From: the human T2T-CHM13v2.0 reference genome, Homo sapiens
Assembly (NCBI RefSeq): GCF_009914755.1
Contig: NC_060934.1
DNA: 64,000 nucleotides
Direction: 5' to 3' (one strand)
Shown here one piece after another: positions 1 to 14,889 of the stretch. The number at the start of each line of letters is the position of its first letter. Position 1 is the first letter of the stretch. Both the position numbers and the translations under genes were made by a program. Below the pieces are notes generated by a model. The model made no database searches. It saw nothing but the letters and a program-made list of their open reading frames with translations, and was not told where the DNA came from.

Positions 1-189
1 CAGAGAGTATATTGGAATTTGGTGCCCAACTACGTAGAAAATGTCTTCAAAGCTAGACAAAGATTCTCAATCTGGAATAGTAGGAAATAAGAAAATATAC
101 TGACGGTTTTTACTGGTATATCTGGTAGGGAGTGGTTTTGGGGAAAAGGAAGACTGATGTATTTATAAATCAATTGTTTAATGACAGTT

Positions 190-370
190 ACATGCTGAGT
201 GCATTAAATGTGTTACCTCTTCAATTGCAAGATATTTATAAGTAACCATAAAATACGGGCTTCATAGGTCCATTTTATAGTTAAATAGGTTCAGAGATAC
301 TAAGTAATTTGCCCAGGGACATACAGATAGCACAATTTGGAATAGAACCCAAATCTGTCTGAGTCTCTCG
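190..370 (-). mobile_element. MIR SINE fragment
   Basis: ccattttatag...ggttcagagatactaagtaatttgcccagggacatacag resembles the reverse MIR core. Confidence 0.55.
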
Positions 371-775
371 TGTAGACCAATCTCTTTCCATCACTTTAGG
401 ACAGAAGCAGCCTTCGCATGGTCCATTATGGATGACTATAAAGGCAATCCTTTCCTACCTCACAAGCAATTAAAGACTCAAGCGGGGGAAATAGGTTATG
501 ACACAATCAGAAAGCAGTAATCAAAACTGTTGTGGAAAATAAAAAAAAAATGAGTTGCATTGTATCATGCTGGTTGTAAACATTCCACACATACATACCT
601 TATCTAGAATTTGGGATTCATAAAATGCTGTTCTTATATAAGTTTAAAGCACTTCTGCCATACATAGCTAGGTGTGTGCAAATGTATGTATATTTATAAG
701 TATGTTGTTTTGATGAAATTATGCAGAAGGTTAATTCATGTGTTTTCTACCTGAGTCAGGTTGATAGTACTGTAT

Positions 776-1880
776 GCTAAAAGTATAAAACTCTTAGAAG
801 GAAACATAAGAGTAAATCTTTGTGACTTTGGGTCAGGCAGTGGTTTTTAGATATGACACTAAAACTAAAAATTTATACAATTGACTTCATCAAAATAAAC
901 ACATTTTGTTCTCAAAATGATTATATCAGTACAGTGAAGAAAACCTACTGAATGGGAGAAAATATCTGATAAGGGACTTGCATTCAAAATATTTGTCTTA
1001 CTATTCAATAATAAAAAGATAAATAACCCAATTAGAAACAGGGGAAAGAATTTGCATAAACATTTCAGCCAAGACAAAATACAAGTGGCCAATAAGCATA
1101 TCAAAAGGTCTTAAACATCATTAGTCATTAGAAAAGTGCAAATCAAAACTGCAGTAAGATACCAGTTCATACTGACTAGGTTGGCTATAATCAAAAGACA
1201 GATAATAACAAGTGTTAGGGATGATGTGGATAAATTGTGACCCTCATATACTGTGGGAATGTAAAAGGGTGCAGACACTTTTGAAAATAGTTTGAGAATT
1301 CCTCAAAATATTAAACATAGATTTACCATATGACCCCATAATTCCACTTCTAGGTATATATCCAAGATAAATAAAAACACACAAAAACTTCTACATGGAT
1401 GTCCATTACAGAATTATGAATAATAGCTCAAACTGAAAGCCATGCAAATGTCTATCATGATTAACGGAAAAACAAAATGTGATATATCTACACAATGGAA
1501 TATTACTCAAGCATAAAAAGGAATGAAGTCCTTATAAATGCTACAAACTGGATAAACCTTAAAAACAATGTGCTAAGCCAAAGAAACCAGTCACAAAGGC
1601 CACATACTACATGATTCTATTTATATGAATTGCCAAGATTAGTCAAATCTATAGAAACAGTAGTAGATTCATTATTGCTGGAGGCTGGGGTGGTAGGAGT
1701 TAGTGGAAATGGGGAATGACTGCTAATTGTCACATGTTTTCTTTTAGGTTGGATAAAAAATTCTTAAGTTAGATTGTAGTGATGGTTGTACAACTCTTTG
1801 AATATACTGAAAAACACTGAACTGTACAGTTTAAAAGGCTGAATTTTATGGCTTGTGAATTATATCTCAATGAAGAAAAC
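776..1880 (+). mobile_element. L1MB-like LINE-1 3' end (end of ORF2 plus 3' UTR)
   Basis: aaaactcttagaaggaaacata..., ccatatgacccc...attccacttctaggtatat, ending gaattatatctcaat, typical of L1MB 3' ends. Confidence 0.8.
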
Positions 1881-2399
1881 AACTCAGTTATTTGATAGAC
1901 AACTCATTAGGAAAAACGAGAATTATATTTTTAATTAAGTTATGACCTGTGTTAGCTACTTATTTATGACTTATAACTGTATTCAAAGTAGTAATCAAAT
2001 ATAATCATTTTTTCCATACATATTGAATGTTTCTGAAAATGAACTTTCATAAATACAATGCTTTGTTTTTTTACTTTTATTTTAAGTTTGGGGCACATGT
2101 ACAGGTTTGTTAGATAGGTAAACTTTGTCATGGGGTATTGTACAGATTATTTTATCACCCACATATTAAGCCTAGTGACCATTAGTTATTGTTCAGACCC
2201 TCTACCTCCAACCACCCACAACTCTCCAATAGGCCCAAGTGTCTGCTCCCCTCTATGTGTCTATGCATTCTCATCATGTAGCTTTCATTTATAAGTGGGA
2301 ACAAACATGTGGTATTTGCTTTTCTGTTTCTGCATTAGTTTGCTAAGAATAATGGCCTCCAGTTCCATCCATGTTCCTGAAAAAGATATGATCTTATTC

Positions 2400-5300
2400 G
2401 TTTTTATGTCTGCAGAGTATTCCATGGTGTATACGTACCACCTTTTCTTTTATCCAGTCTACCATTGATGGGCATTAGATTGATTCCATGTCTTTGCTAT
2501 TGTGAGTAGTGCTGCAATGAACATACGTGTGCCTGTCTCTTTATAGTAGAATGATTGATATTCTTTGGGTATCTACCCAGTAATGGGATTGCTGGGTCAA
2601 ATGGTAATTCTGTTTTTAAGTCTTTCAGGAATTGCCACACTGTTTTATACAATAGTTGAATTAATTTACATTCCCACCAACAGTGTATAAGTATTCCTTT
2701 TTCTCTACAACCACACCAGCACCTGTTATTTTTTGACTTTTTAATAATTGCCATTCTAACTGGTGTGAGATGGTATATTATTGTGGTTTTCATTTGAATT
2801 TCTCTAGTGATCAGTGATACTGAGCTTTTTTTTCATATGCTTATTGGCTGAATATGTGTCTTCTTTTGAAAAGTGTTTGTTCATGTCCTTTGTCCATTTT
2901 TAATGGGGTCATTTACTTTTATCTTGTAAATTTGTTTCAGTTCCTTATAAATGCTGGATATCAGACATTTATCAGATGCAAAGTTTGCAAAAATTTTCTC
3001 CCATTCTGTCGGTTGTCTGTTTATTCTGTTGATAGTTTCTTTTATTTTGCAGAAACTCTTTAGTTTAATTAGATCCCATTTGTCAATTTTTGATTTTGTT
3101 GCAATTGCTTTGGCATCTTTGTCATGAAATCTTTGCCTGTTCCTATGTCTAGAATGGTATTGCCTATGTCGTCTTCCAGGTTTTTTATAGTTTTGAGTTT
3201 TACATTTAAGTCTTTAATCTACCTTGAGTAGGGGTCCAGTTTCAATCTTCTGCTGTGACTAGCTAGTTATTCCAGCACCATTTATTCCAGCACCATTTAT
3301 TGAATAGGGAGTCCTTATCCCATTGCTTGTTTTTGTCAGCTTTGTTGAAGATGAGATGGTTTTAGGTGTGTGACCTTATTACTCGTCTCTCTACTCCATT
3401 TCACTGGTTTATGTGTCTATTTTTGTAGACAACTGGGTTACTGTAGCCCTGTAGTATAGTTTGAAGTTGGATAGCATGATGCTTCCAGCTTTGTTCTATT
3501 TGCTTAGGATTGCTTGGCCATTCGGGCTCTTTTTTTTTTTTTTTTTAGCTCCCTATGAATTTTTAAACAGTTTTATGTAGTTCTGTGAAGAATGTCATTG
3601 GTAGTTTGATAGGAATAGCATTGAATCTGTAAATTGCTTTGGGCAGTGTGGCCATTTTCATCCTATTGATTCTTCCTATCCATAAGCATGGAATGTTTTT
3701 CCTTTTGTTTATGTCATCTCTGATTTCTCTGTGAATGTTTTGTATTTCTCCTTGTAGAGATTTTTCACCTCACTAGTTAGCTGTATTCCTAGGCGTTTTA
3801 TTTTTTTACTGTCATTTGGGGATGGGACTGCATTCCTGATTTGGCTCCCAGGTTGACTGTTGTTCATGTACAAAAATGCTAGTGATTTTTTGTATGTTGA
3901 TTTTGTTTCCTGAGACTTTGCTGAAGTTGTTCATTAGATCAAGGAGATTTGGGCTGAGACTATGGGTTTTCTAGGTATAGGATTATGTCATCTGCAAACA
4001 AGGATAGCTTGACTTCCTTTCTTTCTATTTGGATGTGCTTTATTTCTTTCTCTTGCCTGATTGCTCTGGCCAGGTCTTCTGATATTATGTTGAATTGGAG
4101 TGGTGAGAGACAGCATCTTTGTCTTGTGCTGGTTTTCAAAGGGAATGTTTTTAGCTTTTTCCCATTCAGCATAATGTTGTCTGCGGGATTGTCATAGATG
4201 GCTCTTATTGTTTTGAGGTATGTTCCTTCAGTGCCTAGTTTATTGAGAGTTTTGAACGTGAAGAGATATTTAATTTTATCCAAAGGCTTTTCAGCATCTA
4301 TTGAGATCATGTAGTTTTTGTCTCTTGTTCTATTTATATGATGAATCATAGTTATTGATTTGCATATGTTGAACCAACCTTGAATCTTAGGGATAAAGCC
4401 TACTTGAATGTGATGGATACGCTTTTTGATGTGCTGCTGGATTTGGTTTGACAGTATTTTGTTGAGGATTTTTGCTTCAATATTCATCATGGATATTGGT
4501 CTGTTTTTTTTTTTTTTTTTTTTTTTTTTTTTCTGTTTTGTCTCTGCCAGGTTTTGGTATCAGGATGACGCTGGCCTCATAGAATGAGTTAGGGAGGGGT
4601 CCTTCCTTTCAATTTTTGGAAATAGTTTCAGTAGGAATGGTATCAACTCTCAACTCTTCTCCTTTGTATATCTGATAGAGTTCAACTCTGAATCCATCTG
4701 GTCCTGGGCTTTTTTTTTTTTTTTTTTTTAAGGTTGGTAGGCCATTTATTACTGCTTCAATTTTGGAGTTCATTATTGGTCTGATCAGGGATTCAGTTTT
4801 TTCCTGACTCAGTCTTGGGAGGATGTATATATCCAAAAAATTTTCCCATTTCTTCTAGATTTTCTAGTGCATGTGCACAAAAGTGTTCATAATATTCTTT
4901 GATATTTTGATAATATTCAGGTCAGGGAAATATCCTGTTTGTCATTTATAATTGTGTTTATTTGGATCTTCTCTCTTTTGTTTTTTATTAGTCTAGCTAG
5001 CAGTCTATCTAATTTATATTTTAAAAACTCCTGGATTCATTGATCCTTTGAAAGGGTTTTTGTGTCCCAGTCTCCATCAATTCAGTCCTGATTTTGATTA
5101 TTTCTTGTCTTCTGCTGGCTTTGGGGTTGCTTTGTTCTTGCTTCTCTAGTTCTTCTAGTTGTGATGTTAAGTTGTTAATTTGAGATCTTTCTAACTTTTT
5201 CATGTGAGCATTTAGTGCTATAATTTTCTTCTTAAGACTGCCTTACCTGTGTCCCAGAGATTCTGGTTGGTTGTATCTTTGTTCTCATTAGTTTCAAAGA

Positions 5301-6134
5301 ACTTCTTGATTTCTACCTTAATTTAATTATTTACTTAAAAGTCATTCAGAAGCAGGTTATTCAATTTCCATGTAATTGTATGGTTTTGAAGAATTTTCTT
5401 AGTCTTGATCCCTAATTTTATTGTGCTGTTGTCTGAAAGAATAGTTGTTATGATTTCAGTTCTTTTGCATTTGCTGAGGAGTGTTTTGTGTCTGATTATG
5501 TGATTGATTTTACAATATGTGCCCTGTGGTGATGAGAAGACTGTATAGTCTGTTATTTTGGGTTGGAGAGTTCTGTAGAATTTCTATCAGGTCCATTTGA
5601 TCCAGTACTGAGTTCAGTTCTTCAATATCTTTGTTAATTTTTTGCCTTGATGATCTGTCTAATACTGTCAATGGGGTGTTAAAGTCTCCCATTGTTATTG
5701 TGTTGGAGTCTAAGTCTCTTTGAAAGTATCTTAAGAACTTGCTTTATAAATCTGGGTGCTCCTCTGTTGGGCATGTATATATTTAGGATAGTTAGGTCTT
5801 CTTGTTGAATTGAACCCTTTACCATTATGTAATGCCCTTCTTTGTCTTTTTAAATTATTGTTGGTTTAAAGTCTGTTTTGTCTAAAATTAGTATTGCAAC
5901 TCTGATTTTTTTCTGTCTTCCATTTGCTTGCTAGATTTTTCTCCATCCCTTTATTTTGAGCCTATGGGTGTTGTTGTATGTAAGATGGGTCTCTTGAAGA
6001 CAGCATACCAATGGGTCTTGCTTCTTTACCCAGCCTGCCATGTTATACCTTTTAATTAGGACATTTAGCCTGTTTACATTCAAGGTTAATATTGATATGT
6101 ATGGATTTGATTCTGTCATCATGATGTTAGGCAA
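2400..6134 (-). pseudogene. Disrupted L1 ORF2 (endonuclease/reverse transcriptase)
   Basis: Fragments [48 protein letters not shown]; many stops and frameshifts. Confidence 0.9.
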
Positions 6135-6199
6135 TTATTATGCAGAATCTTTTGTGGGGTTGCTTTACAGTGTCACTGGTCTGTGTACCTAAGTGTGTG

Positions 6200-7550
<1,351 letters not shown>

Positions 7551-7891
7551 CATGCTTTGAAGTCGCTGACGTTTTGATTTATTTTCTTTTATCCTATTTG
7601 ATGACCTCGACTGTTTGATGGTGCTATAAGGTGGGTTCAGCCAACTGGCTTTATTTCTGGAGTATTTTAGGGGACAAACACTCAGCTCCCAACTCCTGGA
7701 TTGTGTTCTGTAACTCTGGGGGACTTTTATCAGCCCCAAACTTTGTTCTCTGTCTCCTTGAGATTAGGAATCCATTGTGCTGGGGGTGCTGAGGTGCTCC
7801 TGGACCACTGTTCACTATACTCCAATGGGTAGTGTCAGCAAAAGTGTTTTATAGTGCAGTGGCAGTGGGATCCATACTCATTTATACATTC

Positions 7892-7915
7892 CAGCAGCAG
7901 CAGCAGCAGCAGCAG
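7892..7915 (+). repeat. (CAG)8 microsatellite in the L1 5' UTR
   Basis: Eight uninterrupted CAG units. Confidence 0.95.
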
Positions 7916-10886
7916 TGTAGTGGGGTGCACACTCATTGGCTGCAGCAGGGTGCTAGCAGGTGCCAGGGTGCCTGCCTCCATGCAGGCAGTCACCTAAGTG
8001 GTGGAGGCAGCATGGCTTAAGGGGGAGGGCAGGGAGTCCCTGCTGGCAACTGTACCCATGGTTGTGCTGGTGACGGTGTTAATATGGGGATGGGGCACTG
8101 GTGGCCTCTTTGTGTGCTGCGGGCCCTCTTTGTGTGCTGTCTTTGTGCCCTCTTTGTGTGCTGCGGGCAGGGTTGGTAACTCAGGGAGGGGGTTGGTCGG
8201 CTGTTCTCTGTGCCTAGTGTAACTCCCACACCAGTGTTGGCAAGGGTGGGGCACTGGCAGGCGTGGGGCTGGCTGGCTCTTTCCTGCCAAGGCTTTGACT
8301 ACAATGGTGGTCCAATAGGGGATCAGGGCATGGGGACAGAGTGAGGTGCTGGTGGGGCAAGGAAGGTTACCCTCCAGGCCCCTAATCCCTACCTGCTACA
8401 CACACTGCTGGCAAAGCTATGTGGGAGGTGGCCATGGGGAGGGAACCGGTGGGCTGGTGTATGGCATGGGGGCAGTCCCACTGAAGCTCTCTACCAGTCA
8501 GGCATAGTCTGCCTGTGAAAGACCTATGATGTGGGCCCCCAGGGCACCTGAGGCTGCACTGTAAGCAGGTGTGGCCATGCTGGGGCCCCAGGAGAGGACA
8601 GCAGACCAAGGGGTGCTTAGACTGGACCAGCCCCATCTGATGGGCAAGAACCACCCTGAAGAGTTTAGGTCCCACAGTTCCTCTAGGGCTAATGTCTCCT
8701 ATAGGAACAAGTTGAGCCTGGGGGATGGGCATTCCTGGCTGTGTTCCTCTACAGACACTCCCACACCAAACACTCTGGGCTCTGCATCAGCTAATGTACT
8801 GCACCTACCACTTCTCTAAGCAGCTCTCCCTGCCAGCTGAGTGTCTGTGGTGGTTAAGGGGTATCCTGCTGAGATTCCAGAAGCCCATGGCGAGAAGAGC
8901 TTGCGCCTTTGCCAGTTCAACTCACCCATTTCCCCAGAGTTGTTGGGGGTCAGGAACAAGTCCAGGAGCAAAGTAGCCCTGTGCCGGGTTCCCAGCTTTC
9001 TGCCCCCAGCCAAGCTACTGTGTCAAATGCAGTTCTTTTAAAGGAAAAATAAATTTGCCAAAAATTAGGGGCACCTATTTGAAATGCAATTGGCCATATA
9101 TGTAGTTCTGGAGAAAGATGAGGAACTCACAGTCACTTACGTTAAGAAGTACACAATTACAGACACATTAACCACCTTGTGCGGTGTGAGAGGATATATG
9201 TGATACTAGGCACAGAAGAGAAATGCATTGGGAACCTAAAGAAAGAAAACTTCTCTGTGAGGCATGTTACAAAGGGTGATATGAGAAATTACTTGGGATT
9301 AGTATATGGTAGAAATATTTTGTAAGAGGAATGCATTATTGAAGACATTATGCAATTCAAAATTCGTGTAATTCAAAACTAATTTTAAAGATTGGCCAGT
9401 GTTATTACTTACAAGCTAAAGTGGCATTGGTAACTGCAATACTATAAACAAAGTTTATTATTCATTTCTGATGATTTTGAAATTATTTAATTATTGACAA
9501 AATATTTCTTTTGGGAGATTCACATCGTTTTAAATTTTGAGTATAAAGTGATATTTTAATAATGTTTCTTATTACACTCTGAAGTATGCACAATTGTAAG
9601 TAGCTCAATTGTGCTTGTGTTATAGGCAACAGGATTTCACCAACAGGAACAGGGCAGGTGGAAGATTTTTTGTAATACCTGTAGATGCAACATTGCAAGG
9701 TGAACTTCAAGGAATTATTAATACATAATATTGTTTATATACTTTAGGTATCTCTGACTGGAATGTGCTACAATGTAACTCTCAGTGGTAATGTGAGAGC
9801 CATTTTTGTGTCTATAAAAAATGATTTCAGTCATGTAGAATCAAAGCTGAATGCTGCTTGAGTTTTTTAGTTGGGGCCTAATCGTTCTAAATGATTAAAA
9901 TTCCCTCAAAGCTAATATTAGAAGATTTAACAGAAAAAGAAAATCCTATCAAGAGGCTGGTACTTGGTAAGGCAAGGTCATGACAGTAAAGTTAAATTTT
10001 GTTCCTGAATGATGTTTTGTTCCCTCTGGGCAGTACCCTTAATGCTTCATGAAGAGTTAAGTGTCTGAAAAGAAGAAAAGTTGCATATTAGATTGCAAGC
10101 CACCTAAATTATTTTATTTCCTTTTGCTAATATTTTATAAATACCATAGGACATATATTTTTAGGCAATAGTTCATTTTGAATTGTTATATTGAAGAACT
10201 TTTCCTTCATAGAGCATGGAGCACATCTTCTATTTTTATTCCATGCCTTTTGTTAAACTTGTTCTTTTTTGGTTCACACTAAATTAGTCAAAACTCTTAT
10301 TAGAAAGCAATAAGAAATTAGGTTAGCCCAGGAGCAAAAGTGCTTATGGATTATTTTGAGAAAAATAATTCAAGCTTGTTTCATGCGATTGACAGAGGCA
10401 AAATATAGTGAAACTTTTTTCAGCTGCACAAAATTTAGGGCATCTCAGAGAAAGCAAAATCTTTAGTGTTCATAGTCTTCTGTATATGTTATTAATTTAA
10501 GTGTCAAAAAATGTTATTCATAGCTTTATTTAAGTGACCATGATTGTTAAAATATTTTGCAATGCTAAAAAAATGTAAACTCATGGAAAGAACATGGGAA
10601 TTGTATCACTTGTTCTTTTTTAAGATTGCTTCTGTCAGCTCTTGGCACATCAGCTGGGGAAAATAAAGAAAAAAACATCATTTCCTCAGTTTTGTTTGTG
10701 AGCTTGGAAAAGTTACAGAAGTTTGCATCTAATTAATATTTTTTATAGCCACTTGTTTTCTATTTGTAGTCTGCTGCCATTTAAAAAATGGTTGTATCAT
10801 ACTTTAAATTTAAAATGTATTGGTAATATAAAGGCTACCTTAAGGAAGTATTTGCTTCATTCTCTACAGTCTCTGTGGATGCCAGG

Positions 10887-10919
10887 TGTCTTAGTCAGTT
10901 TGGGCTGCTATAACAAATA
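10887..10919 (-). mobile_element. Terminal fragment of an MLT1/MST (ERVL-MaLR) LTR
   Basis: tgtcttagtcagtttgggctgctataacaaata is a typical MaLR LTR end. Confidence 0.6.
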
Positions 10920-11329
10920 CAGATGTTCCTCCATTTACAATGGGGTTACATCCTGTTAGACCCGTTGCAAGTGGAAATATTGAAGTCAAAAATGCATTTA
11001 ATACACGTAGCCTACTAAACATCATAGCTTAGGCTAGCCTACCTTAAACATGCTCAGAACGCTTAACATTAGTTTATAGTTAGGCAAAAGCATTTGGCAA
11101 CACAATACACTATAGGGTATTTGTCATTTACCGGTGACAGCATGGCTGACTGGGAGCTGTGGCTCACTCTCACTGTCCAGAACCACAAGAGAGTACTGTG
11201 CTTACATATTACTAACCCAGGAAAGGGTCAAAATTTGAATTTCAAAGTACAGTTTCTAATGAATGCATATTGTTTTCAACCATCTTAAAATTGAAAAAAA
11301 ATTAACGCTTGTAAGTCAGGAACCACCTG
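10920..11329 (+). mobile_element. MER47B (Tigger/TcMar non-autonomous DNA transposon)
   Basis: TA|cagatgttcc...ggaaccacctg|TA termini; internal catcatagcttaggctagcctaccttaaacatgctcagaac. Confidence 0.85.
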
Positions 11330-12999
11330 TACAATGAAGAAAAGAAAGTTTCTGAAACTAGGAATTAACCTCACCACTTTGTATTTTGTTTCAGTGACTC
11401 CTGTAGTTATTTCCTTCAAGAAATATCTCTTCTAAACCTCTATTGTTCAGAATAATTATATTAACATAGTCACATAGAACACATAAGATAGTCACTTCAA
11501 AAAAAAGATCTTTTCCAAGTTCAAGTGAAGGAAAAAGTTAAGCAAAAAGCACTATGATTTTTGATGAGCACTTTCTCAGAGATCTGGGCAAAGTAGGAGA
11601 ACATTATGTGATGCCAGCTAAGAATATCAGTTTCTATATGGTTTAAACCAGAGTAATGCTGGGATGTTGACATCAGCTGCCAGAGAAAAAGTCCATAGTG
11701 GGCTGCACCCTGTGAAATCACCTGCTCCAACATGAACTATGGTCTCTAGACTTGTGTTATTTGATTCTTCAGAGCAGACTCTACCTTGGTAACAGGTGTT
11801 TGGGATTAGAAGTGAAACCTCAGCTGCAGTGATGTCTCACATGCATGCAGCTTAGAGCTCGTATGAGATACTGGGACTTGCCTGTTGGAGGGGAGGAATA
11901 GGATGCCTCTCAGAGCAGCTGGCATTGTGGACATTCTTCCCATAGAAGGAACAGGAAAAAATATGCTTCTATCTTGAGCATACACAACTTGCTAACAAAA
12001 GAACTCTTCAGGGAGATGGGGAAGTCTGTCAAGATTTTTTTTTCAGTATTCTTTTATTAGGCTGATTACTATAAATAAGAAAAGCTTATCATGAAAATGA
12101 TTAACACTTAGGTCTAATATTTTCTTTGAGTATATATTTTTGATTGGTAACTAGTTATGTATTATATCTACAACTGGAATTAATAATTAAAAATAAAAAT
12201 GTGTCCTATTTGAAAATTACAGATTCTATTAGAAGCATCATATTAAAAAATCTTAAAGTTGGGTGGTTCAGGTTAGTAAATATGTAAGTGGTTTGCATGT
12301 AAATGATGTCCAGCAAAGGAAAGGAAAAGTCTCTGGGTACATATGTTCAATGATGTATGTACTTTTGTGAAGCCACTGCAAGCTTAGCACTTTTAATTAA
12401 AAAAAAATTCGAGGGTTATGTGGTTCAAGACAGAGAAAAAAATAAAACTACTGCAGTCATCTGGCAAAGAAGGTTCAAGAAGGAAAACAAGCTTATGTTC
12501 TATACGTGGTAGAAGCTTTGTTAAATGTTGACATGTAAAATCTTCTACTCATTACTTTTTTTTTTTTTTTCTGAAACTTACAATTAGAAAAGACTTTAGC
12601 TATACTCTGGTCCAAATGTTTCACTTTCAACAGTCCCAGAAATTCTAAGTCACTAATTGTGTGAATTGGAAGTGACTTCTTAGCCACTATGGGCTTCAGT
12701 GTTTCACACTGTAAAAAAATGTATTCTATAAGTTTATCTCCAACCGTAAAATTCAAGGCTATTTCTTTAATTTTAGTTCAATATTTGTAACTATTCGCTC
12801 TAAAGAAATTTCATTACCTGTAATAAATATCTCCCATAATTTCGTGTCAGTGTATGTGTGTCTGTGTTTATTTGTGTACATTTATCTATGATTGCAAAGA
12901 GTTCCCTGGTAGATTTAGTAAGGGACAAGTATAGGTTCAAGAAAACGGCCACAAGGAGCAATATTTTTAATGAAATTATAAAGTTTGAAAGTTGCTGAA

Positions 13000-14110
13000 T
13001 GCTACAAAAATAATATAAAAACACTAATTATACCTCACACTCAAATTTAACTGTTGTTAACTTTATGCCATATGTGTTTCAAGACTATATGTACAATTTA
13101 GAAATAAAATGTTATAGTTCAGTCCTGCTTCAAATCTCTCTTTTGCCTTATTTGCTTTTCTCCTTTTTCACAGGTAACCACTATTCTAACCACTATTGTA
13201 TGTGCCCTTTACATCTACATTTTTAAACTTTGCATAATATCGTTATGGGGAATATCATTAAAACAATGCATAATATTGTTTGGTATGTACTAAAAATATA
13301 CATAAATTATATTTCATTGGCTATATTTATTTACGAATGAATTTTCTACTGATTAATATATTTTTGAGATTTATCCATGTGGATATGTTTAACTTGATGC
13401 AACACATTAGAAAATTTATTGATTCTTCCCTAGATGGTCAGTTTATTTCACTAAGATAAATAATGTTATAGTGAACCTACTTGTACTTGTATATGATTAC
13501 GTGTTGGGTTGCTAGAAATTATTAAAGATTTCCAAATCTCCAATATGAGAGTATCAAAATAAGAGTCCTCACCAACAGCAGTAAGTGTGTGGAAGTTTCA
13601 ATTTTTCCACATTATCACCAACATCTTGGTTTAATACATTTAAAAATGTTTGCTGGGTTTGAGGTATCATTGTTTAAATTTTCACTTCTCTAATAATAAA
13701 GGTAAACATTTTTCCATAAGTATTGGCTATTCAGGTTTCTTCTTCTGTGAATTACCTATGCATATCCTTTATACCTTTTTCTTTTAGGTTTTTGTTTGGT
13801 AGAGGTATCTTGTTCTTGTTGATTGGTAAAATTTTTTTCTTTTAGGCACTAATCTTTGCCAGTTATGGGTGTGGCACATCTTTTCACCCTCTTTATAGCT
13901 TGTCTGTTTCACTTTAAAATAATATAGTCTTTGCTTTCTATAGAAGTTTTTAAAATGCTAGTTTAAATGTAGTTTATAGGTTTAATTTAAATATAAATCT
14001 TTTATGTTGTTGCCTTTTTTTTCTGTCTTGTTTAAGAAATACTTCCCTATTCAGACACCATAAAGCTATTTCATGTTTTCTTCTAAAAATTAGCTTATCT
14101 TTTAAAACTT
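13000..14110 (-). mobile_element. Highly diverged L1M (L1ME/L1MC-like) 3' region
   Basis: tttgagatttatccatgtggat, ttggctattcaggtttcttcttctgtgaattacctatgcatatcctt. Confidence 0.6.
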
Positions 14111-14199
14111 TTCATATATACCTGAAATTATTCTCTGCCCTCTTGATCCACATACAGCTAGAGTAGAGATGAGCACAAAAGTGTGTAAGGCTGTGATAA

Positions 14200-14530
14200 C
14201 AGTGTTAGTGAAGATGCAGAGGTGAGAGAACGCATGGAAAGTGCAAGGAAACAACAACAACAAAAATCACAGTTAAGTTGAATCATAGGGTATGTTATCG
14301 GATGGGTGGAAGAGGAAAAGTAAGTAGGTGAAGCTAGATGGGTCTTATTATATGAGGTCTTAAATCCATTTTAAAGAGTTTGGTCTTTATATTGAGATTA
14401 GTAGGGAACAGTTGCAAGGTGTTAGTAGAGAATAGCATCATCAAAGATCTATTCATTTTAAGAATGATTACCCGTAATGTGGAGAATGACTGGAAGGGAC
14501 GGATGAGGCAGGGCAAAATAGGTTGAAATC
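14200..14530 (-). mobile_element. L2 LINE fragment
   Basis: aaagagtttggtctttat...attcattttaagaatgattacc...gtggagaatgactggaaggg. Confidence 0.6.
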
Positions 14531-14889
14531 ATGTAATAATTCAAGGTCAAGTCAATGACAACTGAGTCCAGTATAGAGACAGTCCCTGTGCTACACATCT
14601 CCAGAGGTGAATTTAGTAATGTAACCAGATTGCCTGTAATGTCAATCATAATAGCTTTGGCTATCAAGTCTATAGAAGCCAATGATGATAAAAAAAAAAA
14701 CTTAAAAATTATGAAGAGAATATTTCCTCTAGGACCCATGAAGGCACTTTAAGAAATGCCTCATAGTTCATTGAGCAGCATAGATGTCATGAACATAGGA
14801 ACAATTTAGAGAATCTATAAGGTCAGCAGAGAAGAAAAGAATCTGCCAAAAATCAGACTCATCTTTAAGGAGTAACTTTTTTAATAAAC

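Noticed and set aside
7832-8020. Polyglutamine ORF (QQQQQQQQ)
   Set aside because: A short CAG tract in the antisense of an L1 5' UTR, with a non-ATG start and no gene context.
9141-9235. Minus-strand segment with strong acceptor and GTAAGT donor
   Set aside because: All three frames contain stops and it resembles decayed L2; at best a non-coding or pseudo-exon.
9483-9710. 75-aa ORF in unique DNA, and an overlapping plus-strand exon-like segment
   Set aside because: No recognisable protein similarity and weak splice signals; expected by chance.
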